Positions 1 through 11,200 of a DNA stretch of 64,000 nucleotides are shown here, in pieces (within the stretch, counting starts at the first letter, position 1; every line of letters begins with the position of its first letter). Source of the DNA: a virus. Its lineage: Duplodnaviria; Heunggongvirae; Uroviricota; Caudoviricetes. The position numbers and the translations under genes are program-made. The DNA lies in the IMG/VR virus record IMGVR_UViG_3300021256_000007, positions 32,440-96,439 of that record; one strand, given 5' to 3'. The notes below the pieces were generated by a model, which made no database searches, had not been told where the DNA came from, and was given only the letters and a program-made list of their open reading frames with translations.

Positions 1-1
1 A

Positions 2-307
2 CCTGTCGGTGATGTTGCGGAACTTGGCGATAAACTCATCCGCAATGAGATTCTTACCCCGAATGAGATGCGCGGCATACTTGGCTTTAAGCCTTCCGAG
101 CAGGATGGTGCCGATGAACTGCGTAATCCCAACATGCCTATGGAGGCAGACCCAATGGCCGAATATGAGGACGAAGGTGCTGAAGGAGAAACACCTGACG
201 GAACCGAGTCTCCCGATGAAGCCGATACTGAAACTATGAATGAAGATTTACCGCCTGCTCCTGATGGATACGAGTATGTGGAAGATGAATACGACGACAC
301 GGAATGA
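2..307 (+). CDS. 5'-truncated CDS with a strongly acidic C-terminus; possibly the portal protein C-terminal end
   Basis: The frame is open from the window edge. The D/E-rich tail and its position immediately upstream of the protease-capsid gene fit the usual portal-protease-capsid order. Confidence 0.4.
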   Translation, partial: PVGDVAELGDKLIRNEILTPNEMRGILGFKPSEQDGADELRNPNMPMEADPMAEYEDEGAEGETPDGTESPDEADTETMNEDLPPAPDGYEYVEDEYDDTE

Positions 308-363
308 ATTCAAAATGGAAGTCAAGTATGGTAAATCTAACTTTATATTAGGAGGCTATTCGA

Positions 364-2358
364 ATGCCTAACGCAATTCCTGCTAAATACCAGGACTGCG
401 ATTTTGCTGGCTGGGCGACTCGAAACGATCTTCGTTGCTCGGATGGCCGCACAATTCGCCGCGATGCGTTTGCCCATCAGGACGGAGCTAAGGTTCCGCT
501 TGTATGGGGACACAATCACGATAGTCCTAATGCCGTCCTCGGACATGGTTTTCTTGAGAACCGTCCCGAGGGCGTTTTCTTTTACGGATATTTTAATGAC
601 AGTGAAGACGCCAAGCGTGCTAAGCAAGATGTGATGCACCGGGACGTAACTTCGCTTTCTATTTGGGCAAATCAGCTCAAGCAGAGTGGCGGAGATGTTC
701 TGCACGGTTCCATCAAGGAAGTAAGTCTTGTTCTGGCAGGAGCCAATATGGGTGCTCAGATTACTTATCCGATAATCATGCACGGCGACGATCCTGAAAC
801 TTTAATGGATGAAGCCTACATCTACATTGGCGAGGATTACGGCCTTGAGCTTGGACACGCAGATGAAGATGAGGATGGAGGAAACACTATGGATGAAGAA
901 AAGACCGTTCAGGATGTCATTGACACCATGGACGAAGACCAGCTGAAGGTCATGTCTTATCTGATTGCTAAGGCCGCTTCTGAAGGCAATGCCGATGACG
1001 AAGAGGATGAAGAGGAAATCGAGCATTCCGGCCTTGATGAAAACGCCACTGTTCAGGACGTTATCAACACTATGGATGACAATCAGATCAAGGTTATGAA
1101 CTTTCTTATTGCCAAGGCTGCGGAAGATGCTGCCGAAGAAATCAAACATTCCGATATGGAGGACAATACCATGAATTTCAACGCTTTTGATTCTAGCGCT
1201 GCTCAGGGCGGCGCCTACCTGTCTCACGACGATGAGATGTCCATTATTGCTACCGCGAAGAAGTATGGCAAGCTGAGCGATGCTCTGTCTGCTTATGCCG
1301 ATGAGAACAACCTGTCCCATGACGATCTGGCTCCTGTGAGCGGTGCCACTTCCTATCCCGATGGCCAGGATCCTGCTCAGGTCGACAGCTTCTTCCCCGA
1401 TTATCACGACGTTTATCCCGGTGCTCCTCAGCTCGTGATGAACGATCAGGCGTGGGTAAAGCAGGTTCTGAATAAGGTTCACAAGAGCCCCTTCAGCCGT
1501 ATTCGCACTAGCTACGTCGACATTCGCAACATTGAGGATCTTCGTGCCCGTGGCTATCTGAAGGGCAAGGAGAAGGTTCTGGCCGGTAATTATCCCGTTG
1601 CTCGTCGTGTCACCGATCCTCAGACCGTGTATGTTAAGTCTGCGCTGAACCATGACGATGTTGTGGACATCACTGATTTCGATTACATCGATTATCAGTA
1701 CAAGATCGATCGCATGGAGCTTGAGCTTGAGCTGGCCCGCGCGATCATGATCGGTGACGGCCGTGACGATGCCAGCGCCGACAAGATCAATCCTGAGCAC
1801 ATTCGTCCTATCTGGACCGATAATGATATTTTCACCATCCATAAGACTCTTGACCTTACCGGCGTGAATGGTGATTTCTCCGGTAACTTTGGTGACAGCT
1901 ACAAGTATGCTCAGGCCACTGAGGCTGCGATTCTCGATGCGAAGATCGACTTCAAGGGCACCGGTACTTCCGATATGTACTGCACTCAGGCTTTCTTCAA
2001 TAAGCTCATGCTTGCTAAGGATCTGAACGGTCGTCGTCTGTATGCCAATAAGGGTGAGCTTACCAGCGCTCTCGACGTTGGCGGCGTGTATAGTGTTCCC
2101 GAGTTTGCCAATAAGACCCGCACTGCCGGTGGTAAGACTTATCGTCTGCTTGCCATCATTGGTAACCTGGCTGACTATGCTCTGGGCCAGACCAAGGGCG
2201 GCGAGATCATCCATCGCACCCAGTTCGACATCGACTTCAACCAGGAGAAGAGCCTGCTTGAGACTCGCGTTTCCGGTGCTACCACTCGTCTGTACGCCTT
2301 CATTGTCATCGAGGAAGAGGTTACCGGTAACACTGGTAACGATGTTAGCGGCACCTGA
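364..2358 (+). CDS. Prohead protease (HK97/S78 family) - acidic scaffold-like repeats - major capsid protein fusion
   Basis: The N-terminus carries VPLVWGHNHD and IKEVSLVLAGAN, matching the HK97 gp4 LLWQHD and EISVVTFPAN motifs. The middle holds two tandem acidic repeats (TVQDVI(D/N)TMD(E/D)xQ(L/I)KVM(S/N)(Y/F)LIAKAA). The C-terminal ~350 aa are compatible with an HK97-fold capsid. An RBS (AGGAGG) precedes the ATG. Confidence 0.6.
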   Translation: MPNAIPAKYQDCDFAGWATRNDLRCSDGRTIRRDAFAHQDGAKVPLVWGHNHDSPNAVLGHGFLENRPEGVFFYGYFNDSEDAKRAKQDVMHRDVTSLSIWANQLKQSGGDVLHGSIKEVSLVLAGANMGAQITYPIIMHGDDPETLMDEAYIYIGEDYGLELGHADEDEDGGNTMDEEKTVQDVIDTMDEDQLKVMSYLIAKAASEGNADDEEDEEEIEHSGLDENATVQDVINTMDDNQIKVMNFLIAKAAEDAAEEIKHSDMEDNTMNFNAFDSSAAQGGAYLSHDDEMSIIATAKKYGKLSDALSAYADENNLSHDDLAPVSGATSYPDGQDPAQVDSFFPDYHDVYPGAPQLVMNDQAWVKQVLNKVHKSPFSRIRTSYVDIRNIEDLRARGYLKGKEKVLAGNYPVARRVTDPQTVYVKSALNHDDVVDITDFDYIDYQYKIDRMELELELARAIMIGDGRDDASADKINPEHIRPIWTDNDIFTIHKTLDLTGVNGDFSGNFGDSYKYAQATEAAILDAKIDFKGTGTSDMYCTQAFFNKLMLAKDLNGRRLYANKGELTSALDVGGVYSVPEFANKTRTAGGKTYRLLAIIGNLADYALGQTKGGEIIHRTQFDIDFNQEKSLLETRVSGATTRLYAFIVIEEEVTGNTGNDVSGT

Positions 2359-2398
2359 TCTAACTAAAATTTAATCAAAATGGAAGAGAAGTGAGTTA

Positions 2399-2740
2399 AT
2401 GGCACGTTATTATGGACGAATCGGTTTCCTGAAACGTGAAGAAGAATCGTCTGAGCGACCGAGTCGTTATATTCCCGTTATCGAGGAACGATTTTACTCA
2501 GGCGATACATACAAAATTCATGCAAATCAGCAAACTTCCGAAAAGCCGGTTGATGACTTTGGTATTAACAATGACATCTCCATCGTAGCGGATGCCTATG
2601 CATACAATAACTTCTCTTCCATGAAATACGTGGAGTTCATGGGTACACTTTGGGAAGTTAAGAGCGTTACCGTTGAACATCCGCGACTTCGGATTTCTTT
2701 TGGAGGTGTCTATCATGGACCAACAGGATCGACGCCTTAA
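2399..2740 (+). CDS. hypothetical head-tail connector/neck protein
   Basis: Small ORF between the capsid and major tail genes. The 13-mer variant ATCAAAATGGAAG lies 13 nt upstream. Confidence 0.35.
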   Translation: MARYYGRIGFLKREEESSERPSRYIPVIEERFYSGDTYKIHANQQTSEKPVDDFGINNDISIVADAYAYNNFSSMKYVEFMGTLWEVKSVTVEHPRLRISFGGVYHGPTGSTP

Positions 2741-3044
2741 ATTCGACGATGAACTTCGAGTTCTTCAAACAGAGATTTTAGGCTACCAGCATACGTATTT
2801 CGAGCCAACCGAAGAAGTTCGGATGAAGTACGATGCAGTGGTCTATAAGAAAACCGATATGAATGTTCGGAGAGCGAACAATAAAAGTTATTCGATACGC
2901 GATGGCTATCTTGTAACGGTTATCAGTCGTGATCCGGAAACTAAACTTCCATGGGCGATTCAGGAGCATTTTGAACGATGTGCCCCTGGTCGCCCTTTCG
3001 TTAGGGATAATCTTTACCATTTTCCCTTTACCATTTTCTATTAA
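2715..3044 (+). CDS. hypothetical neck/tail completion protein
   Basis: Internal ATG at 2715 preceded by GGAGGTG. The tracked ORF starts at 2673 without an RBS. Position is in the structural module. Confidence 0.35.
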   Translation: MDQQDRRLKFDDELRVLQTEILGYQHTYFEPTEEVRMKYDAVVYKKTDMNVRRANNKSYSIRDGYLVTVISRDPETKLPWAIQEHFERCAPGRPFVRDNLYHFPFTIFY

Positions 3045-3065
3045 TTATTAAGGAGGAAATCCCAA

Positions 3066-3764
3066 ATGGCTAAACTTGAGTGGGATAAGATCGGCGAACG
3101 TTTATACGAAACCGGTACTAAGAAGGGCGTTGTGTACCCCCAGGAGGGCGACGCCTATCCGAAGGGTTACGCCTGGAATGGTCTGACCGGCTTTAACGAA
3201 GAGCCTGACGGTGGTGAGGCCAATGATATTTGGGCGGATGACATCAAGTATCTGTCTATTCGTTCTCGTGAGAACTTTAAGGCCACCATTACTGCCTACA
3301 CCTATCCTGATGAATTTGCCGAGTGCGACGGTTCCGCTACTCCTGTTGCAGGTGTTGCTCTTGGCCAGCAGGCTCGTAAGCCCTTCGGCTTCTCTTGCGT
3401 AACCACAATTGGTAACGATACTGAATTTGAGGAACATGGCTATAAGCTGCATCTTGTTTGGGGTGCTTCCGTCTCTCCGTCGTCCAAGGACTACCAGACG
3501 ATCAACGATAGCCCCGAGGCTGTTGAGTTCAGCTGGGAAATCGACACCATTCCTGTCAATGTGACTGGCTATAAGCCCACCGCTCATATGGTCATCGATT
3601 CCACAAAGTTCCCGAAGCAGACCGGCGAAAATCCGGCCAAGACCAATCTTGAGAAGCTCGAGGATATCCTGTATGGTACCGAGAACACTCAGGCGCGTCT
3701 TCCGATGCCGGATGAGGTCATTGCCTGGCTGCGTGACGGTTCTTATACTCCCCCGGCCGGCTAA
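3066..3764 (+). CDS. major tail protein
   Basis: 232 aa, positioned before the chaperone and tape-measure genes and followed by a strong terminator. A strong RBS (AAGGAGGAAAT) precedes it. Confidence 0.5.
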   Translation: MAKLEWDKIGERLYETGTKKGVVYPQEGDAYPKGYAWNGLTGFNEEPDGGEANDIWADDIKYLSIRSRENFKATITAYTYPDEFAECDGSATPVAGVALGQQARKPFGFSCVTTIGNDTEFEEHGYKLHLVWGASVSPSSKDYQTINDSPEAVEFSWEIDTIPVNVTGYKPTAHMVIDSTKFPKQTGENPAKTNLEKLEDILYGTENTQARLPMPDEVIAWLRDGSYTPPAG

Positions 3765-3775
3765 TTTAGTTTATC

Positions 3776-3812
3776 AGAGGCTCTCGGATTATCTGGGAGC
3801 CTCTCTTTTTTA
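3776..3812 (+). terminator. rho-independent terminator after the major tail gene
   Basis: An 8-bp stem AGAGGCTC/GAGCCTCT followed by a T-tract. Confidence 0.6.
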
Positions 3813-3835
3813 TATTTGAAAGGAGAATTCTGAAC

Positions 3836-4303
3836 ATGCTTAAAAAGACTATTACTTACGAGAATTTCGATGGAGCAATCGAAACTGTCGACGCATATTT
3901 TAATCTCACAAAGACCGAATGTATCGATCTTAATCTTGAATACGAAGACGAGGGAGGTCTTATTGGACGCATCAAGAAGCTTATGATCGAAAAAGCTGAT
4001 GGTCAGATGCCTCGTAAGCCGGCCGTCGATTTCATTAAGCTTTTGATCGATAAGTCTTATGGTGTTCGTCCGAAAGATAATCCGTCTCTGTTTCTTAAGG
4101 AAGACGAAGATGGTCGTCCTCTTTATAAGAAGTTCCGTCAGTCCGCGGCTTATGATGCTTATGTGTTTGCGCTCTTGTCCGGCGATGAATCTCTTGAGGA
4201 ATTTGCCACGAACGTCCTTCCGAACATCAGCGACGCACAGAAGGCCGAAGCTGAGAAGATGTTGGAGGCTGAGGGTCTTTCTGGTCTTCTTCACGAGGTC
4301 TGA
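3836..4303 (+). CDS. tail assembly chaperone (gpG-like), putative
   Basis: Acidic 155-aa protein between the major tail and tape-measure genes. It ends with tandem stops TGA TGA. Confidence 0.4.
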   Translation: MLKKTITYENFDGAIETVDAYFNLTKTECIDLNLEYEDEGGLIGRIKKLMIEKADGQMPRKPAVDFIKLLIDKSYGVRPKDNPSLFLKEDEDGRPLYKKFRQSAAYDAYVFALLSGDESLEEFATNVLPNISDAQKAEAEKMLEAEGLSGLLHEV

Positions 4304-4309
4304 TGACGT

Positions 4310-4855
4310 GTGCCGCTCACGATAACTGTTCCCGGAAAAGATTTTTATGACCCGGTAAGTAACCGTTTTATTACGGTAAAAACTCAAAAGTTGACGCTTG
4401 AGCATTCACTTTTGAGTATTACGAAATGGGAATCGAAGTGGCATAAAGCGTATCTTTCGCGGGAAACAAAAACTGATGAAGAAAACTTCGATTATATTCG
4501 TTGCATGTGTGTTACGGAGCCTAGCGATCCGAACGTTTTCTTAGCGTTAACACAACAGAATGTGCAAGATATTGCAGATTACATTCAAAATCCGATGACA
4601 GCTACAACGATTAATAATCGAGATAAAAGGCCGTCCAGAGAGATCATTACCAATGAATTAATATATTTCTGGATGACTAATTTTAACATACCTTTTGATC
4701 CGTGTCAGAAATGGCATTTGAATCGGCTAATGACATTAATTGAAGTCGCTTCGATTAAAAATCAGCCACCGAAGAAAATGAGCAAAAAAGATATTCTAAG
4801 TCGTAATGCGGCTTTGAATGCTCAGCGACGCGCTAAGTACGGCACAAAAGGATAA
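4310..4855 (+). CDS. hypothetical protein (tail assembly region)
   Basis: GTG start 7 nt after the double stop of the previous gene, in the same frame, so not a frameshift product. 181 aa. Confidence 0.35.
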   Translation: MPLTITVPGKDFYDPVSNRFITVKTQKLTLEHSLLSITKWESKWHKAYLSRETKTDEENFDYIRCMCVTEPSDPNVFLALTQQNVQDIADYIQNPMTATTINNRDKRPSREIITNELIYFWMTNFNIPFDPCQKWHLNRLMTLIEVASIKNQPPKKMSKKDILSRNAALNAQRRAKYGTKG

Positions 4856-4878
4856 ACAAATTATTTAAGGAGACTTTT

Positions 4879-5256
4879 ATGATTCGCTGTAAGGTGAAAG
4901 GTGATTTTAAGAAGACTAAAGGTTTTCTGAGTCGCATTCGACGGTTAAATCTTGAAAGTCTCCTTAAACCATATGCAGAAGCGGGCGTAAAGGCGCTAGC
5001 ATCTGCCACACCGGTCGTTACCGGAAAAACAGCTGCTTCTTGGGGATACGAAATTGTCAGGGAGCGAGACAAAATTACAATATATTGGACAAACTCAAAT
5101 AAAAACGAAGGCGTACCGATCGCTGTCATTCTTGAATATGGACATGGCACCGGATGGGGCGGGTACGTTCAAGGCAGGCATTTTATTTCTCCTGCCATTC
5201 GGCCAGTTTTTGATGAAATAGCTGAAGCTGCCTGGAAGGAGGTTACGAAAGACTAA
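4879..5256 (+). CDS. hypothetical tail component (HK97 gp10-like features)
   Basis: 125 aa with the segment VILEYGHGTGWGGY. An RBS (AAGGAG) precedes it. The family call is weak. Confidence 0.3.
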   Translation: MIRCKVKGDFKKTKGFLSRIRRLNLESLLKPYAEAGVKALASATPVVTGKTAASWGYEIVRERDKITIYWTNSNKNEGVPIAVILEYGHGTGWGGYVQGRHFISPAIRPVFDEIAEAAWKEVTKD

Positions 5257-8200
5257 TGCCTAATACCGGAAATGTTGATGAACGCATTGTAGAAATGCAA
5301 ATTGACCACCAGAAATTTGAAGCTGGTGCAAAGAAAACAATTAGTATTCTTGAAAAACTTGATAGCGCTTTAAATTCTTTAGGTAAGAATAATTCCGACG
5401 GCTTAGATTCTATTACCGGTTCGCTTGAAAAAGTTACCAATAAGTTTTCTGTTATGGGAACGGTTGGCGATCAGGTTATTCGTAATCTGACTAATAAAGC
5501 GATTGCTCTCGTCGATCAGATGGGTAGGGTTGCAAAATCACTAAGTATTGATCAAGTATCGGCTGGTTGGGATAAATACGCTGAGAAAACACAAGGCGTA
5601 CAGACCATTATGGCTGCTACGTCGGACACCGTCGGTGATAGGTTTGCAACTCAAGCTGAACAGATGGAATGGGTTAACGAAGAGCTTGAAAAGTTAAACT
5701 GGTTTACTGACGAGACTTCGTATAACTTCCTTGATATGGTCAATAACATTGGTAAATTCACATCCAATGGTGTTGAACTTGAAACCGCTGTTACCGCTAT
5801 GCAGGGTATTTCAAACTGGGCTGCTATTTCCGGCGCAAATGTCGGAGAAGCCAGTCGTGCTATGTATAACCTGTCTCAAGCGATGGCCGCCGGTTCGGTG
5901 AAACTTATTGACTGGAAATCCATCGAAAACGCCAACATGGCGACGACGGAATTTAAGAAGACTGCACTTGAAACGGCAGTCGCACTTGGCACGCTTGAAA
6001 AAGTAGGAGAAGGTACATATCAGACTCTTGGCGGCAAATCATTTACGCAGGAACAATTTAACACACAACTTTCCGAAGGCTGGTTCACTTCTGATGTTTT
6101 GCTACAAACTCTTGATCAATACGGTGCGTTTACTGATGAACTCAATAAAGTTTATAATGCTACAGGTTTGCAGACTAAGCAAATTCTTGAACAAGTCGAG
6201 GCATATAAAGAAGGTAAAAAAGTTAGTGCTGAACTGATTCCTTATATCGAGAAGCTGGCAGATGCACAGTATGAACTTGGTTTCAGAGCTTTTCGTGCTG
6301 CCCAAGAAGCTAAAACGTTTGAAGACGTTATCAATGCTACGAAAGACTCTGTCAGTACAGCCTGGATGAACTTGTTTGAAACAATATTCGGCGATTATTT
6401 GACTGCCAAAAAGCTTTGGAGCGATATGGCCGAGTCGTTTTACAATATTTTTACAGAACCTGTAAATAAACTTATTGAGATATTTGATACCGCTTTTGGA
6501 GAAAAAAACCCTCTTCGTGATAAATTAGCAGAAGTTAATCTTTCCATGACTGAGTTTGAAGCAACCGCTTCAAATATGGAAGATGCTGAGATTAAAGGCC
6601 TTATTGAACAATATGGTTCTTTAGAAGCAGCTCTTCGTGCTGGTGCTGTTTCAGCAGAGTTACTAAATAAAGTAATGATGCAGTTACAGGATGATAAAGT
6701 TTCAAGTGTTGTTACAGAAGCCGGCGGAATAGTTGATCGGAAAATTGAAGAAATTCGAGATGCAGCACGTCAATTTAATGAAGGTAAGTTAACAAAGAAA
6801 GAAATACAAAATCGCGACCTTGACTTTAGTATGGTAAAGTGGTGGGCCAAGGTTTATAAAACTGCCAATAAAGATGACACTCTTGAAGGCTGGACCGATA
6901 AGTTTAAAGAACAATATTTCGACGAAATCGCAGCCTCGGTTGGCTATACCGAAGAAGAGATCGCTCGAATTAAAGAAATTCTTGCTGATAACGAAGGCGT
7001 TATAGATGGCATGCAATCGGAGGCAGTTAATCGTAGAAGTGGCCTCGATTTATTTGCCGAAAGTTTAATGAATCTTTTGCATGCAGTAGAAAATGTAGTT
7101 GAAGCAATTAGTGGTGCATTTGACATTATATTTGGTGATACGAACGAACAGGGTGAAGTCATCTATGGTTGGATCGAACGATTTAATAAATTTACGGAAG
7201 GAGTAAAATCGGCGACTGAAGATATTGAAGGATTGTCTGCAAAAATTGCCGGAATTCTTTCAATTTTTCATAGTGTTGCTGCTTTCGTAAAAGGCGCATT
7301 TCGCTTAGCATTTCATGCAGCGTTTACGGTTGTTGCCGTTGTCGCCAGTCTTTTACTTGAAGTTTTCGGCATTATTCAGAACAGCGGAGTTATTCAAGCT
7401 TTCGGATCTGCCATTACAACCGTTTTTCAGGCACTTCTGGTTCCGCTTAGTATCATAGGTGACTTAATAAAAGACTTATTTGATAAGTTATTTGGTAATA
7501 AGCTTAAAGACTTCGATTGGGCCGAGAGACTTGCATACTACTTAAATGATATTTCGGTTAGAGTTTCTATCGCGGCTTCTCGTTTTTCTCGTTTTCTTAA
7601 AAGTAAAACAGTAGCCGAGGCACTTTCGAATGCTTTTGAGAAATTGCATGAGACTGTTACAAAAGTTGCAGCAGCTTTTTCTAATGGCTATAAAAAGCTG
7701 AAAGCCTTTGTCGATCTTATGAAGCTTGGTTATGAAAAGAATGGAATAGTTGGCGTTTTTGATATTCTAAATTCAAAAATCAAGCTTACATTACGTAATC
7801 ATCCGACTTTATTAAAGGCATACCAAACTATCGGTTCTGTTTTTAAAAAAATTGGCGAAACTGTTGACACAAGCTTTGGGAAAGTGAAAGCTTGGTTTAA
7901 TAATTTAGTTGCATTTGCAAAAGAATTAAAAACAGCTTTTCAGTTAAATGGACTTAAAGGTGCGTTTGAACTGTTGTCCTCCAAAGTTAATGAGTTTCTT
8001 GAAAAACATCCTAAAATTATGGGGGTGCTTACAGGAATTCAAAACGCATTTTCGTCAGTCGGAACTTGGATAATGTCAACTGCTGAAGCTATAAAACGTT
8101 GGTTTAGTTCAATTGATTTTTCGAAGATAGGGACGTCGATTCAGTCTGCTATTAGTAAAATTAGAGCTTTTTTCGCTTCGTTGAAGCAGATTTATAAAGA

Positions 8201-11200
8201 TAAAGGTGTCAGCGGTTTATGGACCGCATTTACTGAAAAAATTAAAGAAGGATTTGCGAAGCTGAATCTTTCGACGATCTTTAATACAGTAAAAGAAAAG
8301 TTTACTGGTTTCTTTGGAAAAATTGGAGAAGCTTTTGGGAAATTGTCAGACATAAAATTATTTGATGGCGATTTCTTCGAAAATCTTTACGAGAGTTTGA
8401 CTGATTGGCTGCATTTATTTACCGGTTTTGCTATCTTTGGTTTAATTCGTTCTGCGAAAAAAGTAATTAATGCTATCGGAGATATTTTAAAAACACTTGG
8501 CGGTGTTCCGAAAGATATTAAGGCAAACCAGATGGGAACCGCTTTTCTTAAATTAGCTGGCGGTATTCTTTTAATTGCTCTTTCTTTAAAAATTATCTCG
8601 ACAATACCGACCGATATGCTGTTTGACGTATGGTCTACGATTATAAGTTTATTGATTGCCATTGGTGCATTTGCCGCCTATATTAAAATGATTAAGGGCG
8701 AAAGTGCTTTGAAATCTGTGCTTTCTGTAGCAGCCGGAATTGCTTTATTAGCGCTTACATTGTATGGCTTAAGTAAAATGACGTCTGGAGATTTCTTTTC
8801 TGGTGTTTGGAAATTAGGTCTTATTATGGTAATGCTTGTGGGATATCTTCATCTTACAGATGGCATTAAAGTCGACAGCATGAAGACATTGATCGGTATG
8901 GCTGTTGGCTTGCTTGCAATGGCTTTAGTTATTAAAAAATTATCAAAGATGTCAGATGAAAAATATAGCAACGGTGTAGCAAAATTATTCTTGATTATGG
9001 CGATGATGGTTGGCTATTTGCATCTAATTGATGGCGTTAAAGCCGGTAGCATGAAGGCTGCTATTGGTATGGCTGTTGGTGTGTACGTTTTATCACTTGT
9101 AGTTCAAAAATTATCTAAGAATACTATAGGCAAGGCTGTAACTGGAATTGTGCAGTTATTTTTCATTCTAGCAATGATGGCCGGATATATGAAGATAATT
9201 GACGGTATACACATTAGCGGTACGACGCTTGGGGCGATGGCTCTTATGATTCTTTCAGTTGTTGTTATAGCTGGCGCGTTAATGCGTCTAACTCACTATA
9301 ATTGGAAGGCACTGTTGGCGACTTCTGGTTCCATTGCACTTTGTTTAGTTACGATCGCCGGCTCAATTGCTTTAGTAAGTAAATTTGCTGACAAAATGAG
9401 TTTGTCTGCTTTTACAGCACTGGCTGTTGGTATAGCTGCATTTGTTGTGATCGCTGCGGTTCTTACTCGTTTAGCTGATTACGATTGGAAAACGATTGGA
9501 TTAGCGGCTCTGACATGCGTTCTTACATTAGCTGCTGTAGCGGGCGTTGTTGTACTTCTTGGCAACGTAAGTCCAGGCGCGGCGGCCAAAGGTATTGCCG
9601 TGTTAGCTATTATAGCAATCGGCTTTGGCGTTATTGTAGTCACTTTAACTGCCCTTGGTTTGGCGGCTGCTGCAATTGCTGTTGAAATGGCAAAAAAGCT
9701 TGATGAGTTTGCCACAGCTATGCAGCCCTTTGTAAATACAATTAGTAGCTTTGATGACGGAACTAAAGAGAGTTTTCAGCGCTTTGCTGGCATGATGCTA
9801 TCTCTTTTACAAGCTGAATTTTGGATGTTTTTGGCTGGAATTTTGTCAAAATTAACTGCTAGTGGCGATCTTGGAGTTAAATTGTCGCTTTTTATGGTTG
9901 CTTTACAACCATTTTTAACAAATGTTGGAAATGTAACATCCGCGCATGTTATTGGGGCTAGCATGCTGTCTTCGGTAATGAAGTCTATTGCCGGCATGGA
10001 ACTATGGGGCAAAGTATCTGAGATTTTAAACGGCCTCGATGGTGATATTGCTACCAGATTATCAGAATTTGGTACGAATCTTGGTCCGTTCTTAGCAGCT
10101 CTTGGTCTTGTGACTCCTGAAATGGAACAGCAAGCCGGATATCTGTCTGGTTTGATGAAGGCACTCGTTAAAGCTGAAATCTGGTCGACAATCAGCGAAT
10201 GGATTAACGGTTTAACTGGCGAAGATTCGATGGCGAATTTTGCCGAGCGCTTAAATACGTTTACAGGGGCATTGATTCCGTTTTTAACTGCGATGTCTTC
10301 GTTGAATGCCGGAACAATAGAGCAGACAAAAACGACACTTTCGGTGCTTTCAGATTTGACAAAGAATAAGACTATTTCGAATCTTGGTAGTCAAATTAAT
10401 TCTTTCTATAATAATTTCAACAAAGGCGGTAAGGGTGCAAACGGTGATCTTACGGCACTAAAAGATACTGTTTCTATCGTTACAGATCTTTCAACAGCTT
10501 TAAGTAATATTTCTACGTTTACCACCGATACAAGCTTCGGTTCCGATTTTATGATGTCATTGTCCACGAATATCTCAAATAGCCAGACGATTTTAACAAG
10601 TGGCATTGCTGTTACCGTTACGACCGCTATCTCGAACGCTTTTGCTGCTATCGTACCGGCAGTTGAATCTGACGGTTATAACGTTGGCGCAGGCGTTGCT
10701 CAGGGCATGTACAACAGCAGCTCGCTTATTACGAAAGCTGGCCTTCATCTCGCAAGATTAGCAGAGCGTAGCGTTGCTTCTGGTTTGCAAATCAAATCTC
10801 CTTCCCGTGTTATGGCGGCACTGGCGGCTTATATTCCGGCAGGTATTGCTAAGGGCGTAGAGGAGAATTCCGGTGTTGCAGTCGATTCTATGACGGTTCT
10901 TGGAAGTTCGATCATTGCGGCGATGCAAATGGCTATGCTTCGTGTGGCTACAGTCGCCGATGAGAATTTCGAGTTTAGTCCGACGATCACGCCAGTTGTT
11001 GATATGAGCAACGTGGCTTACGCTGCCGGTAATGCGAATCAGATGTTCGGTTCTATTTCGTCCGGTTTGCGTGGCTCTATGCGAATTACCACCGAAAACG
11101 CAGCTAATACTGCAGCTATGGTACGCTATGGCACCGGTTCAACCGGCATCGTTGATGAGATTCAGAATCTCTCGTCGAAACTTGATATGCTTGGCGAAGC

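Noticed and set aside
343-2214. Long minus-strand ORFs (343-783, 802-2214) antisense to the protease-capsid gene
   Set aside because: They lie entirely inside a well-supported + strand gene, with no RBS and low-complexity composition. They are shadow ORFs.
3836-4855. Possible programmed frameshift joining the chaperone ORF (3836-4303) to the next ORF (4310-4855), as in gpG/gpGT
   Set aside because: The two ORFs are in the same frame separated by tandem stops TGA TGA. No slippery heptamer was found, so a -1 frameshift product is not supported.
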